Origin: an uncultured Actinomycetes bacterium
GTDB lineage: Bacteria; Actinomycetota; Thermoleophilia; RBG-16-64-13
DNA: 64,000 bases
Direction: 5' to 3'
Assembly: GCA_963706025.1 (NCBI GenBank)
Contig: CAVPLM010000020.1
Location: 32,001 to 96,000 of the forward strand
Positions 9,335 to 19,721 of the stretch are shown here, one piece after another; position 1 is the stretch's first letter, and the number at the start of each line of letters is the position of its first letter. A model generated the notes under the pieces. That model searched no databases. It saw nothing but the letters and a program-made list of their open reading frames with translations, and was not told the origin of the DNA. The position numbers were made by a program, and so were the translations under genes.

Positions 9335-10120
9335 TCAGGCAACCCGGGAGATGAAGGCCAGGAGCGCCTGGTTGAAGGCCTCCGATTGCTCAAGGTTGGA
9401 GAGGTGAGCGGCCGACTCAAGCGTCACCAGTTCCGACCCGGATATCCGCTCGTGTATAGCTTCTGCCGCGCCGACACCTGGATCCTGTTCTCCCACGATG
9501 ATCAGCGTGGGGATCGCGATCTCCGGCAGCCTCTCCAATGCGTCGTGAGTCTTCGCAGCGTGCGCGCAGCCGATGTAGCCCCGAGGGTCGGTGTCCCGGA
9601 TAATGGCCCGCACTGAGTCCACGATGTCTGGGCGATCCCTCACAAAAGCCGGAGTGAACCAGCGGTCGATGGTGGGGTCTACATGCGCTGCCATCCCCTC
9701 CCGGGCCGCGACGGCAATACGCTCGTCCAAGATGTCCCCCGCCTCGGATGTAATGCGAGCCGACGTGTCGCACAGCACCAGGCTGAGTAGTCGTTCTGGA
9801 TGGGTGAGGGCGAGCCACTGCCCGACCATGCCGCCCATGGAAAGACCCACGAAATGGGTGCGCTGCACGCCGACACCGTCCATGAGGGCGCTGACGTCCT
9901 CCACCATCTCCATGAACCTGTAGGGCCCGTCGGGTACCTCGCTCCCGCCGTGACCGCGGGTGTCGTAGCGGAGCACGCGATAACGACCCTCCAGGGCCGC
10001 CGCTTGAGGCGCCCACATGGTCAGATCGGCCGCCAGCGCATGGCTGAAGGTCACCACGGGCGCATCCGCAGGACCGGTGAACTCGTATTCAACGGCGAGG
10101 CTGTTCGCGATGATTCTCAT
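9335..10120 (-). CDS. pcaD: 3-oxoadipate enol-lactonase-like alpha/beta hydrolase
   Basis: RYDTRGHG, GLSMGG nucleophile elbow, RWFT..F, AHLSNLEQ. Confidence 0.8.
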   Translation of the reverse strand: MRIIANSLAVEYEFTGPADAPVVTFSHALAADLTMWAPQAAALEGRYRVLRYDTRGHGGSEVPDGPYRFMEMVEDVSALMDGVGVQRTHFVGLSMGGMVGQWLALTHPERLLSLVLCDTSARITSEAGDILDERIAVAAREGMAAHVDPTIDRWFTPAFVRDRPDIVDSVRAIIRDTDPRGYIGCAHAAKTHDALERLPEIAIPTLIIVGEQDPGVGAAEAIHERISGSELVTLESAAHLSNLEQSEAFNQALLAFISRVA

Positions 10121-10197
10121 CCCGGGAGATTCTACCTCTCCTCCGGTCTGCTACAATGCCCGCGCCTGCGCGAACCCGCACATGGGAGGGTCCTTCC

Positions 10198-10650
10198 GTG
10201 CTGGCGACCGAGACAGCCGAACTAGTCCCCGTATTGCAGACGGCCATCGGGCCGGTCGTAATGATATCGGGCGTAGGTCTGCTCCTGCTGACCATGACCA
10301 ACCGGCTGGCCCGAGTGGTCGACCGCTCCCGAATGCTGGCTCGTCAGGTGAGGGAGACCCGCGATGAGGCCAAGGAGCCCATACGGGCACAACTGCGCAT
10401 CTTGAAACATCGAGCGGGGCTCATACGCCGGGCCATCGCCCTGGCTACGTTCTGCGTCCTCTTCGCCGCCATCTTGATCATCGCCCTTTTTGTCACCGCG
10501 CTGTTCAGCGTGGACATCCCCTGGCTGGTCGCAGTGCTCTTCATTCTCAGCATGGGCAGTCTCATCGCCTCGATCGTGTACTTCATCCGGGACGTCAACT
10601 ACTCGCTCGCGGCCATCAAGCTCGAAGTGGGCGAAGACTGGGAGGACTGA
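10198..10650 (+). CDS. DUF2721-like membrane protein
   Basis: AIGPVVMISGVGLLL..TNRLARVVDR.R pattern, three TM helices. Confidence 0.8.
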   Translation: MLATETAELVPVLQTAIGPVVMISGVGLLLLTMTNRLARVVDRSRMLARQVRETRDEAKEPIRAQLRILKHRAGLIRRAIALATFCVLFAAILIIALFVTALFSVDIPWLVAVLFILSMGSLIASIVYFIRDVNYSLAAIKLEVGEDWED

Positions 10651-10677
10651 TCGGGTGGTACCGGCCCGCTGATTGAT

Positions 10678-11229
10678 ATGGATCTCTCCCGTTTCGATAG
10701 CATGGACGCCTCCGATCTCCGGAGCTATCTCGCCTTCCTCCTCTGGCATTACCGGGTGATGGACAGCTTCTGGTTCCTGTGCGTGGCAGAAGAGAGTAGT
10801 CAGCCCGTCGCCGAGCGGTTGAACGAGCAAGTGTGGGCACGGGTATCCGGTCTGGCCGCCCGCGATCTCATCACCCGTTTCGCGATCACCGAACAGGGTC
10901 TCGAGGGGTTCGTCAAAGTCCTGCGCCTCTATCCCTGGGCCGCTTTGATCGGGTATCAGATAGAGGAGTCGCCAGATGAGGTGGTTCTGACGGTGCCTTG
11001 CTGCGCGACTCAAGAAGCGCGGCGGCGGCGGGGTCTCGAGGAGTATCTCTGCTCGGACATGCACCGCCGGGAATTCCTGGGCATAGCCGCCGAGATCGAC
11101 TCCCGGATCCAGGTGCGCTGCGACTACGCACCTCCCGGAGCGCGGCCGACCGGCTCGGACTGCCGCTGGCGCTTCACGCTGGGCGCCTCACCGGCTGAGA
11201 CCGGACCGCTCACAAGCGATATCCCGTGA
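10678..11229 (+). CDS. DUF6125-like protein (Cys-containing, V4R/ATC-hydrolase-like)
   Basis: DSFWF, C..QEAR...GL..Y.C, FL.IA..ID..I.V.C..APP....CRW.F. Confidence 0.7.
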   Translation: MDLSRFDSMDASDLRSYLAFLLWHYRVMDSFWFLCVAEESSQPVAERLNEQVWARVSGLAARDLITRFAITEQGLEGFVKVLRLYPWAALIGYQIEESPDEVVLTVPCCATQEARRRRGLEEYLCSDMHRREFLGIAAEIDSRIQVRCDYAPPGARPTGSDCRWRFTLGASPAETGPLTSDIP

Positions 11230-11618
11230 GATCGCGGTCTCTATGGTTATTGGCGGTCGCCGTGGCCTGGTCGCTGGTGTTCGCGTTGGTGGCTGTCGCT
11301 TGCGAGGACACCGTGACCGATAGCGGGGTCAGAGGCGAAGTGCGCATCGGTCCGGTGAATCCCGTCGAACAGCCCGGGGTCGACAACACCGCTCCCTACG
11401 CCTCCAAGCTGGTGGTCAGGAGCGTCCCCGACGGGGAGGCGGTCGCCGAGACCGTCTCTGGAAAGGACGGACTGTTCGTCATCCTTCTGGCGCCGGGGGA
11501 ATACATCCTGGTGCCGGAGAACGGTGATCCCCTGCCGGTCGCCACACCGCAGGCCTTCACGGTCGTCGCGGGCCGATTCACGACGGTGAACGTGGCTTAC
11601 GACTCGGGGATACGCTGA
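11226..11618 (+). CDS. Lipoprotein with carboxypeptidase-regulatory-like beta-sandwich
   Basis: Lipobox VAVAC, SGVRG.V.IGP, DG.F...L.PG.Y, YDSGIR; GTGA overlap with upstream gene. Confidence 0.75.
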   Translation: MRSRSLWLLAVAVAWSLVFALVAVACEDTVTDSGVRGEVRIGPVNPVEQPGVDNTAPYASKLVVRSVPDGEAVAETVSGKDGLFVILLAPGEYILVPENGDPLPVATPQAFTVVAGRFTTVNVAYDSGIR

Positions 11619-12022
11619 TCGTTTCGACCCTTCAGAGTGACGATGTGCACGGTCACCCCCACGGCTACCAGAAACAGAAGGGCTCGCGCCCACCACTGCG
11701 ACACGAACAGCACGGCGCTCAACGTGATCACTCCCCAGAGCAGGACGAGAGCAGGGGTCTTGACCTTCCAGGAGATCCCCCGACCTTGCAGATAGTCGGA
11801 GAGGTATCGCCCGAACAGGCGGTTGGTGGTCAGCCACCGATAGCTTCGCTCGGAGCTTCGCCCGTAGCAGATCGCCGCCAGCAGCAAGAAAGGCGTGGTG
11901 GGAAGTACCGGGATCACGACGCCCACCATTCCCAGGGCCAGAAAGAGCGAGCCGGCCACGAACAGCGCCACGCGGCGCCCGCGACGAGGCCGAACACGAG
12001 CGGATGGGGGGCTGGTATCCAC
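11597..12022 (-). CDS. YbaN/DUF454 family membrane protein
   Basis: G.VG..IPVLPTTPFLLLAA.C..RSS motif. Confidence 0.9.
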   Translation of the reverse strand: MDTSPPSARVRPRRGRRVALFVAGSLFLALGMVGVVIPVLPTTPFLLLAAICYGRSSERSYRWLTTNRLFGRYLSDYLQGRGISWKVKTPALVLLWGVITLSAVLFVSQWWARALLFLVAVGVTVHIVTLKGRNDQRIPES

Positions 12023-12154
12023 CCCTCTAGCTTACCAATGCCGTTCCGTATCGGTGGCAAAGAGCACGTAACGGCCTCGAGCAGACCTGATGCCGAGGCG
12101 GCCCGGCGGGTAGAATCAACAGCGACGCTGAAACCGCAATAGAAAGGGACCAGT

Positions 12155-12616
12155 GTGTTGACGGAGGTAGAACAGCTGCGCGAGTTCAAGATCTTCGAAG
12201 AGCTGAACGAGCGTGAGTTGGAGTCGATAGCCAAGATCGCGAAGACCGAGGAGCTGGGCCCAGGAGCCCACCTCACCGAGGCGGGGTCGGTGGCCTCCAA
12301 CCTGTACCTGGTCAAGAAAGGCCGGGTCGCCATCTTGGCCAGAGGTCCAAAGGGCAAAGAGGTGCCGGTCGATGAGGTCGGCCCAGGAGATATCGTGGGG
12401 TGGTCGACCGTCACAGGCCCGTATCTCTATACGGCGTCGACGGTGACTACGGAGAAGTCGACGCTGATCGTGATCAACGGTAACAAGCTCAGGCAGATCT
12501 TCGAGGTGAACAATCACGTGGGCTACCGGGTGCTGAAAGGCATAGGCAGCGTCGTCGCCCGCAGGATCACCGCTTTCGAGAAGAAATGCGCCCACTACAC
12601 CGGAGAGAACGGTTGA
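12155..12616 (+). CDS. Stand-alone cyclic-nucleotide-binding (Crp-type) domain protein
   Basis: IFEEL...EL..I, LYLVKKG.V, GPGDIVGW, YTAS; no HTH. Confidence 0.85.
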   Translation: MLTEVEQLREFKIFEELNERELESIAKIAKTEELGPGAHLTEAGSVASNLYLVKKGRVAILARGPKGKEVPVDEVGPGDIVGWSTVTGPYLYTASTVTTEKSTLIVINGNKLRQIFEVNNHVGYRVLKGIGSVVARRITAFEKKCAHYTGENG

Positions 12617-12655
12617 CCAGGAACCGGTAGGCGCGGGGCCGGCTGAACCGTCACT

Positions 12656-13846
12656 CTAGCCGGAGTTCTCGGTCTCTCCCGAAACCCGGTGAAGGTACAG
12701 CGACAGGAGAGAGAGGGCGGCCGCGAGCACGAAGGCCAGCCCGATAGCCACCCGGAAGCCAAGCGACTCGGCGATCGGCCCGATCAGATAGGGAAAGATG
12801 ATCCGTCCCAGAGCTCCGGCCATGATGACCCCCGAGAACACCACCCCTGCGTGCCATTTCGGAAACCGAGCGGAGAAGCTCAGGATCAGGGGAAAAGCCG
12901 CCGATGCTCCCAGCCCCGAGAGGAACGACATGACCATCGACATCGCCGGAGTGGTGGAGAGCGCCACTCCTAGGGCGAATACGGCCATGACCGCACTGCC
13001 GGCCATGAGCAGCCTCGAGGCGAGGTAGCGTCGAGTCAGGGGCACGATGATGATCCTGCCGATTATGAGGCCGGCCCAGAACAACGTGACCGCCAGGCTG
13101 GCCACCGTCTTGCTGACGGCAAAGACGTCGATCTCGAACTTCGCCAGCCACACGTTGAGGATGAACTCGGAGCCTATGTAGAGGACCGACGCACCCAGGA
13201 CGGCCCAGAACAGACGGGAATTGAACCCGATCACCTCCCGGAGCTTGCGCATGCGCAGGTTTTCCCGGCCCTTGATGTCCGAAACCGGCATGAGGGTGAG
13301 CAGCACGGCCAAGCCCAGGGAGAGGACGGCTTCGGCGATGAGCACCCACCTCCAAGAGGCTCCCAGCCCCAGCGCGGCCCCGATCGCCAGAGGCGTCACC
13401 ATCATCCCCGCCGCGAAGAACAGCAGGAGGACGACCATGGCGCGCGCGGTCGCCACTTTGTTGTGCGAGGTGACCCACATCCCGGGCAGGCTGTTCAGAA
13501 AGACGCAGCCGGCGCCCACCACCACGTAGGCTCCGAACAGCGACCACAACCCAGTGGCCAGAAGACCTGCGGCCGCGAGCCCCAGGGTCTGCAGCCATGC
13601 AGCCCCGATAAGCGTCCACTGCACCGGGACGCGCGCCAGCGCCAGGTTCAGGGCCAGAACCCCGGCCAGCATACCGAGGGCGTAGCCCACCGAGGTGAGC
13701 CCCGCTTGTGACAGGGGTATGCCAAGATCCTTGACCGTGGGATCGAGAATGGGACCCAGGGAGATCATGACCACGCCCACTATGAACGTGGTGGCGTAGA
13801 GCGATGCGGGAGTAGCGGGAGTGTATGAGTTCGGTTCGGGAGTCAC
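12656..13846 (-). CDS. MFS transporter (FucP/TsgA-like)
   Basis: About 12 TM helices, LYIGSE, FWAG..IGR; CATACT -10 six nt before GTG 13846. Confidence 0.85.
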   Translation of the reverse strand: MTPEPNSYTPATPASLYATTFIVGVVMISLGPILDPTVKDLGIPLSQAGLTSVGYALGMLAGVLALNLALARVPVQWTLIGAAWLQTLGLAAAGLLATGLWSLFGAYVVVGAGCVFLNSLPGMWVTSHNKVATARAMVVLLLFFAAGMMVTPLAIGAALGLGASWRWVLIAEAVLSLGLAVLLTLMPVSDIKGRENLRMRKLREVIGFNSRLFWAVLGASVLYIGSEFILNVWLAKFEIDVFAVSKTVASLAVTLFWAGLIIGRIIIVPLTRRYLASRLLMAGSAVMAVFALGVALSTTPAMSMVMSFLSGLGASAAFPLILSFSARFPKWHAGVVFSGVIMAGALGRIIFPYLIGPIAESLGFRVAIGLAFVLAAALSLLSLYLHRVSGETENSG

Positions 13847-13987
13847 CGGCCCAGTATGAACGGGCATAAGTCCTGGCACAAGCGCTGGTCCCGGGCGGAG
13901 AACGGGTGATGGAGGCTGAGGGCGCGGGCGTTGGGGCCGCGTGACGGTCGGGCTGCCGGCTCGCTTTCGTTGATACCCTGATAAGCC

Positions 13988-15403
13988 ATGAAGCCACTGA
14001 GCAGAGCTGATCCCCGCCTGGCCCGTGGCGACCAGACCATGGTGCTCATCGTAACGACGATGGCCGGGTTCCTGGCGGCCTTCATGGGATCGGCCATCAA
14101 CATCGCCCTGCCGCTCATCGGGTTGGAATTCCAGGCCTCGGCGGTGACCCTGAGCTGGATCTCTCTCGCCTATATTCTCGCGGCCGGCGCGGTGCTCATG
14201 CCTGTGGGTCGGATCGCCGACCTCTACGGCCGCAAGCGGATCTTCGTGTGGGGCATGCTGGTGTTCGCCCTGGTAGCGTTCGCTTCGGCCCTGGCTCCGT
14301 CGGAGACGGTGCTCATCGCGCTGCGGGTCGTCCAGGGCCTGGGGGCGGCGCTGGTGTTCGCCACCGGCACCGCCATGGTCACCCTGGCTTATCCACCCCA
14401 GGCCCGGGGACGAGCTCTGGGACTCAATGTGGCCGGCGTCTACCTGGGCCTCACCCTGGGCCCGGTGATCGGGGGCGTCATCATCCACAACCTCGGCTGG
14501 CGCGCCCTCTTCTACGTAGTGGGAGGCCTCGCTCTGATCAACTGGCTCCTACCCGTGTGGACACTGCGCGCAGTGGAATGGCGGGAACCCAAGCAGGCCC
14601 CCTTCGACATCCTCGGCTCAGTCATCTACGCTCTGGCTCTACCGGCCTTCCTCCTGGGATTCACGTGGCTCCCCGACTTGCTCGGGCTACTGCTCATCGT
14701 GGTGGGCGCGATCGGACTGGCAGTCTTCCTATGGTGGGAGACTCGAGCGGCCGATCCGGTGCTGAATGTCAGCCTGCTGCGTCGCAACCGGGTCTTCGCC
14801 TATTCGAACGCGGCTGCGGCCATCAACTACGCCGCCACCTTCGCGATGACGTTCCTCATGAGCCTCTACCTGCAGTACACCAGGGGACTCGATCCCCAGA
14901 CCGCCGGCTTCATCCTGGTGGCCGGTACCTTCGTGCAGACGGCCTTCTCCCCAGTGGCCGGCAGGCTCTCGGACCGCGTACAGGCGCGCTGGGTGGCCTC
15001 CGCTGGCATGGCTGTGTGCGCTTTGGGACTGCTGGCTTTCGTCTTCCTCGGTGAGGAGACCCCTTACTGGTACATCGTCACCATGCTGTGCATACTAGGT
15101 CTGGGCTTCGCGTTCTTCTCCTCCCCCATAGCACACACGATCATGGGGAGCGTGGAAAAGCGCTACTTTGGCGTCGCCTCGGCGACGTTGGGGACGATGC
15201 GCCTGGCCGGGCAGAACATCAGCCTTGGCATAGCCACCCTGGTGTTGGCTCTCGTGGTCGGCCGGCACGTCATCGAGCCCGGGGACTATTCGAGTCTGCT
15301 CACCAGCGTGCGGATCTGCTTCGCCATCTTCACGGTGCTTTGTGCGGTGGGAGTAGCGGCCTCGCTCGTTGGACCGCGGCGCGATGAGCTGGAGCACGCC
15401 TGA
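13988..15403 (+). CDS. MFS transporter, DHA2 (14-TM) family
   Basis: INIALP.I, GRIADLYGRKR, RVVQGLG, LGPVIGG, GRLSDR. Confidence 0.92.
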   Translation: MKPLSRADPRLARGDQTMVLIVTTMAGFLAAFMGSAINIALPLIGLEFQASAVTLSWISLAYILAAGAVLMPVGRIADLYGRKRIFVWGMLVFALVAFASALAPSETVLIALRVVQGLGAALVFATGTAMVTLAYPPQARGRALGLNVAGVYLGLTLGPVIGGVIIHNLGWRALFYVVGGLALINWLLPVWTLRAVEWREPKQAPFDILGSVIYALALPAFLLGFTWLPDLLGLLLIVVGAIGLAVFLWWETRAADPVLNVSLLRRNRVFAYSNAAAAINYAATFAMTFLMSLYLQYTRGLDPQTAGFILVAGTFVQTAFSPVAGRLSDRVQARWVASAGMAVCALGLLAFVFLGEETPYWYIVTMLCILGLGFAFFSSPIAHTIMGSVEKRYFGVASATLGTMRLAGQNISLGIATLVLALVVGRHVIEPGDYSSLLTSVRICFAIFTVLCAVGVAASLVGPRRDELEHA

Positions 15404-16671
15404 TCCACTGGATGGAGCGCGTCAAGCCGGGCCGCTGCGGCACAGTGCAGCCGGCAGCCAGGGGACCAGCCTAATCCGCGCGACGAAGCACTCTCCCCCG
15501 AGATCCGGCCCAGTACGAGCGCGAGCCCCATCACAACGGCAGGAAGTATCGCCGTGAGGCCGATGGCCACCCGCAGACCGAGAGCTTCGGCCACCGGCCC
15601 CGTCAGATAGGAGAACACCGCGCTTCCCAGAGTGCCGGTCAGCATGATCCCTGAGTAGGCCACCCCAGCGTACCAGCGGGGGAAGCGGTTCGTGTATCCC
15701 CCGATGAGGGGAAAGATCACCGAGGCACCCAGACCGGCAACGAACACACTGGCAAGAGACAGCAGGAGGGTGGGCGAAAGCACGGTGGCCAGGATGAACA
15801 GGGTCTCAACGGCAGCGAACACCATCAGCAGGCGGAAGGGCTGCACCCAGCGAGTCAGGGGCACGGTCAGGTACCGGCCGATGGTGATGCCCGCCCAAAG
15901 CAGGGTCACGCTGATCGCCGCCGCCGACTGACTGGCTCCATGAGTATCTATCTCGAACTTAGGCAGCCACACGCCGAGAATGGCTTCGGATCCCACGTAG
16001 AGGAACACGATGGTCAACATGAGCGCGAGGAGCCGCGGGGCGAAGCCGGCCATCTCTTTCAAGTGGCGGGCGCGGAGATTCTCCCTGCCCTTGACATCCG
16101 GCAACCGTGAGGCCATCAGAGCGACCGCCATGAGCGCCGAGAAGACCGCTTCGCCTACGAACACCCATCTCCAGGTGGCGCCGAGACTGAGGGCCGCTCC
16201 TATGGCCAGCGGTGCGACGACCACCCCCAGTGCGAAGAAGGCCAGCACCAGGAGCATCGCCCTATGCGCACCCTCGCGCAGGTGCGCCCCTACCCACACG
16301 CCGGCAATCGCATTGGGGATCACAGCGGTCAGCCCGGCGACGAGAAGGGCACCGAAGAGGGGCCAGAGGCTGGAGGCCAAGAGACCCGCCACAGCAAGCG
16401 CCCCAGCCTGGACCCAGGCGGCACCGACCAGGGTCCACTTGAGCGGCACCCGCGCCAACACGAAGCTGAGCAACAGCACTCCCAGCACCCGGCCCAGGAA
16501 GAAACCGAGCGAGAGTATCCCCCCCTTCGCGAGGGGGATGTTCAGGTCACGGAGGATCGGATCCAGCAACGGACCCAGCGAGATGAGCATCACCCCAGCA
16601 AAGAGCTGGGTCGGATAGAGAAGCGCAAGGGAATGGGAAGATCTGTTGGTCTGAGTATCTTGCGAGATCAC
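15286..16671 (-). CDS. MFS transporter, paralog of 12656-13846; true stop may be near 15471
   Basis: Aligns with paralog (ISLGPLLDP, WRWV...EAV, KGRENLR, WLPKFEID); 118-bp convergent overlap suggests an indel near the 3' end. Confidence 0.82.
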   Translation of the reverse strand: MISQDTQTNRSSHSLALLYPTQLFAGVMLISLGPLLDPILRDLNIPLAKGGILSLGFFLGRVLGVLLLSFVLARVPLKWTLVGAAWVQAGALAVAGLLASSLWPLFGALLVAGLTAVIPNAIAGVWVGAHLREGAHRAMLLVLAFFALGVVVAPLAIGAALSLGATWRWVFVGEAVFSALMAVALMASRLPDVKGRENLRARHLKEMAGFAPRLLALMLTIVFLYVGSEAILGVWLPKFEIDTHGASQSAAAISVTLLWAGITIGRYLTVPLTRWVQPFRLLMVFAAVETLFILATVLSPTLLLSLASVFVAGLGASVIFPLIGGYTNRFPRWYAGVAYSGIMLTGTLGSAVFSYLTGPVAEALGLRVAIGLTAILPAVVMGLALVLGRISGESASSRGLGWSPGCRLHCAAAARLDALHPVDQACSSSSRRGPTSEAATPTAQSTVKMAKQIRTLVSRLE

Positions 16672-16736
16672 GGGAGTACTATGGACTCGAGCCTTGCTCC
16701 CGTCAATCGCCGATCGACCGACGTCAGGACCTGCCC

Positions 16737-17882
16737 ATGCGCCCCAAACCGTTCGCTCTCGAGCGCTATTTCGCCCGGCATGAGTTCAGCGCCCGCTGTC
16801 TCCTGTCGACCTCGGACTGTCAAGGCTTGGCGATGGCCGATCTTGTTGCCGGCGCCGATACCGACCTGAAAAAGCGCTGGGAGGCGCTGCGCCTGGGTTA
16901 TACCGAGTCACAGGGTCTGCCGGAGCTGCGTGGGGAAATAGCCGGGCTCTATCAAGGGGCGAACCCTGAAGAGATCCTGGTCACTGCCCCGGAAGAGGCG
17001 GTCTTTCTGGTCATGAACGCCCTCCTCGAACCGGGGGACCACGTCATCTGCACCTTTCCCGGGTATCAGTCCCTGTACGAGCTTGCGGTCTCGATAGGCT
17101 GCGAGGTGACGTTCTGGGAACCTTCGGAGGCCGACGGATGGTGGTTCGACCCGGACCGGCTCAAAGGGTGGCTGCGCCCCGACACCAAGTTGGTGGTCTG
17201 GAACTTCCCTCACAACCCCACGGGAGCACTTCCGTCGATGGAGGACTTCGCCGGCATGGTGGCTGCTGCCGAGTCGGTCGGGGCATGGGTGCTGTCCGAC
17301 GAGATGTATCGATTGCTGGAACCGACGGCGGAGATGCGTCTGCCTGCCGCCGCCGACGTGTACGAGAAGGCCGTCTCCCTATCGGGGATGTCCAAGGCGT
17401 TCGGGCTGGCTGGGTTGCGCATCGGCTGGGTAGCCACCCACGACCCTCTGCTCCTCGAGAGGATGAGTCTGCTCAAGGACTACACCACCATCTGCAGCAG
17501 CGCGCCCAGCGAGCTGCTGGCGCTGATGGCTCTCCGGCAGCAGGAGAGCATCCTCGGCGCCCATCGCGAGCGCGTGCGCCGCAACGTCGAGGCCGCGGGC
17601 GAGTTCTTCGTCCGTCACGGCACTAGGTTCCGGTGGGTGCCCCCGCGCGGCGGCACCGTCTGCCTCCCCCGCCTGCTAACTCAGAGCGCGGGAGCGCCGA
17701 CGACCGCGGTCGAGGGGACCGAGGCCTTCTGCGCGCGCGTGCTCCGGGACACCGGGGTACTACTGCTGCCCTCGATCGTTTACGACTACGGCGACGAGCA
17801 CTTCCGCCTGGGACTGGGCAGGGAGGACTTCGCCGAGGGCCTGGATGTTCTGGACGCCTATCTGACGAGCCGCCGCAGCTGA
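16737..17882 (+). CDS. PLP-dependent aminotransferase class I/II
   Basis: GY.ESQG..ELR, NFPHNPTG, SDEMYR, SGMSKAFGLAGLRIGW (PLP lysine). Confidence 0.92.
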   Translation: MRPKPFALERYFARHEFSARCLLSTSDCQGLAMADLVAGADTDLKKRWEALRLGYTESQGLPELRGEIAGLYQGANPEEILVTAPEEAVFLVMNALLEPGDHVICTFPGYQSLYELAVSIGCEVTFWEPSEADGWWFDPDRLKGWLRPDTKLVVWNFPHNPTGALPSMEDFAGMVAAAESVGAWVLSDEMYRLLEPTAEMRLPAAADVYEKAVSLSGMSKAFGLAGLRIGWVATHDPLLLERMSLLKDYTTICSSAPSELLALMALRQQESILGAHRERVRRNVEAAGEFFVRHGTRFRWVPPRGGTVCLPRLLTQSAGAPTTAVEGTEAFCARVLRDTGVLLLPSIVYDYGDEHFRLGLGREDFAEGLDVLDAYLTSRRS

Positions 17883-17917
17883 ACTCCTAAGCGACCGCAC
17901 GGACCGGGCCGATGGGG

Positions 17918-17946
17918 GGGCGGGCCCGCGTCCCGCGGGCCCGCCC
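17918..17946. terminator. Perfect 13-bp GC hairpin between convergent genes
   Basis: GGGCGGGCCCGCG-TCC-CGCGGGCCCGCCC; no U-tract. Confidence 0.65.
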
Positions 17947-17961
17947 ATACGAACCGTGGAC

Positions 17962-18960
17962 CTAGAACCCCAGAGCCCGGGCGTTCGCCTCGTACAACGC
18001 GCTCTTCTCGTCGTCGGCCAAGGGCAAGCTCCTGAGGAAGTCCATGCAGTCGCTCATATCCTCGTACGGGAAGTCGGTGCCCACGAGGATCCTGTCCATC
18101 CCCAAGCCATCCCGCGTACAGACAAAGGCCGCCGGCAGATAGTTGCCGCTCGTGGTGACCCAGAGATTCTTCTTCACGTAGTGGCTGGCCCACTCCTTGC
18201 TCCCGGGACCGATCTCGGGATTGGGAATGGAGTGCTTCTGCATGTAGGCCCGGTCGACTCGGTCCACGAGGAAGGGCATCGCCTCACCGTAGTGACCCAT
18301 GATGATCTTGAGATCGGGGAACTCGTCGAACACTCCGCGGACGATCATGCGCATGAACGCGTACATCACCTCGACGCCGAAGCCGAAGGTGGGACCGCCG
18401 AGCACCATCCCGAACGAGCGCAACTCGGGGATCATCGGTACGGCCGGATGGAGATAGATGGGGACGTCCAATTCCTGAGCCTTGGCCAAGAGAGGCCAGT
18501 ACTTCTGCTCGTCGATGCAGGAGTCGCCGTAGTTGGAATGCGTGTTCCAGCCCGAGAACCCCAGTTCCTTGACGCAGCGCTCCAGTTCCTGGGCCGACCA
18601 TTCGGGGTCTTTGGGGGCTAGGGAAGCGAAGCCGCCGAACCGGTCCGGGTACTTCTTCGTCACCTCGGCGAGGATGTCGTTCGACTCCCGGGCCACTTTC
18701 TTGCCCACCTCGACTTCGAACTGCTCCGCTCCCGGCGAAGTGACCGACAGAACGGCGTAGTCGACTCCGGCGGCGTCCATGAGCCTGATGCGCCCCTCGC
18801 CCAGGTCGCGCAACTTGGGCTCGACCGCCATGGGCATCCATGCATCAGGGGCAAAGCCAAGGCCCTTCTTCTCGTCCAGGGTGGGATAGCCCTTGTTGTT
18901 GCGCAGTGCTTCCACCCAAATGTCGGTGATGAAGTGGTTCTCGAGATCGATGGTCTTCAC
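17962..18960 (-). CDS. Amidohydrolase_2 family protein (ACMSD/LigW/hydroxybenzoate decarboxylase-like)
   Basis: IDLENHF, MDAAGVD, IYLHP, GHYGEAMPF, TTSGN, GTDFPYE. Confidence 0.88.
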   Translation of the reverse strand: MKTIDLENHFITDIWVEALRNNKGYPTLDEKKGLGFAPDAWMPMAVEPKLRDLGEGRIRLMDAAGVDYAVLSVTSPGAEQFEVEVGKKVARESNDILAEVTKKYPDRFGGFASLAPKDPEWSAQELERCVKELGFSGWNTHSNYGDSCIDEQKYWPLLAKAQELDVPIYLHPAVPMIPELRSFGMVLGGPTFGFGVEVMYAFMRMIVRGVFDEFPDLKIIMGHYGEAMPFLVDRVDRAYMQKHSIPNPEIGPGSKEWASHYVKKNLWVTTSGNYLPAAFVCTRDGLGMDRILVGTDFPYEDMSDCMDFLRSLPLADDEKSALYEANARALGF

Positions 18961-18995
18961 GTGGGAGACTCCTTTCGATGACTTACTCGTTCAAG

Positions 18996-19721
18996 CTACG
19001 GCAGGTACTGCTCAGCGATGCTCACTACCTTGCCACCGTCCCGTTCTATCCACCAGGGCACCAAGTGCAGATGTTCAGCGCCGGCCGGCGGCGAGTCGCC
19101 CCAGAAGCTCATGAACTCGGCCCACGTAACAGGCTGAGGCTCGTCCGGACCGCTCCCTCCGAAAGTGACAGTGGTGATCGGAGCCGAGGACGCCACCGTG
19201 AACTCCCGCAACTGGGTATTGATGTTGCGGATGTAGTAGTCGTTGGGCAGGTCTTCGCCCGGCGCTATTTCGCCGGCCTCGATGGCCGCCGCTACGGCCT
19301 CGTCTCCGGTGAGCATCTCGGCGTAGTCGATGCTTATGTAGCGGACGCCCCCCGACTCCCACGCCTCGTCGATGAAGCCCATGGCCCGGATATTGCCGCT
19401 CGGCAGAAGGGTTTCGGCACTGGAAAGGGCTTCTGTGGTGGTGGTACTGGAAGAGGTAGTAGTGTCCGGGCGATCAGGCGGGGAGGGAATCGTGGAGGTG
19501 GCCGAGCCAGAGGTGCTCCCCGAGGTCGACGTAGTGCTGGCGACCGTTATGCTGGTGGCTACAGTGACAGTTGTGGACGTCTCCTCGTCGGAGCCACAGC
19601 CGATCACCCCCGAGAGGGCTACCACAAATACGACCGCAGCAGCCAGTGCCATGACGGTCACCGCCCGCGGCATCCGTCGGCGCCGCCACCTCCCAACGCC
19701 GTACTCAAGCTTCTGCCTCAT
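18996..19721 (-). CDS. Lipoprotein of unknown function with Thr/Ser-rich linker
   Basis: Lipobox VIGC, poly-Thr/Ser linker, DYAEMLTG...NDYYIRN domain. Confidence 0.7.
   Translation of the reverse strand: MRQKLEYGVGRWRRRRMPRAVTVMALAAAVVFVVALSGVIGCGSDEETSTTVTVATSITVASTTSTSGSTSGSATSTIPSPPDRPDTTTSSSTTTTEALSSAETLLPSGNIRAMGFIDEAWESGGVRYISIDYAEMLTGDEAVAAAIEAGEIAPGEDLPNDYYIRNINTQLREFTVASSAPITTVTFGGSGPDEPQPVTWAEFMSFWGDSPPAGAEHLHLVPWWIERDGGKVVSIAEQYLP

Noticed and set aside
13847-14488. Long N-terminal extension of the 12656 MFS ORF (likewise trxB to 7873 and the 52972 MFS to 54702)
   Set aside because: Extensions overlap real genes on the opposite strand or another frame; internal starts have SD or -10 support
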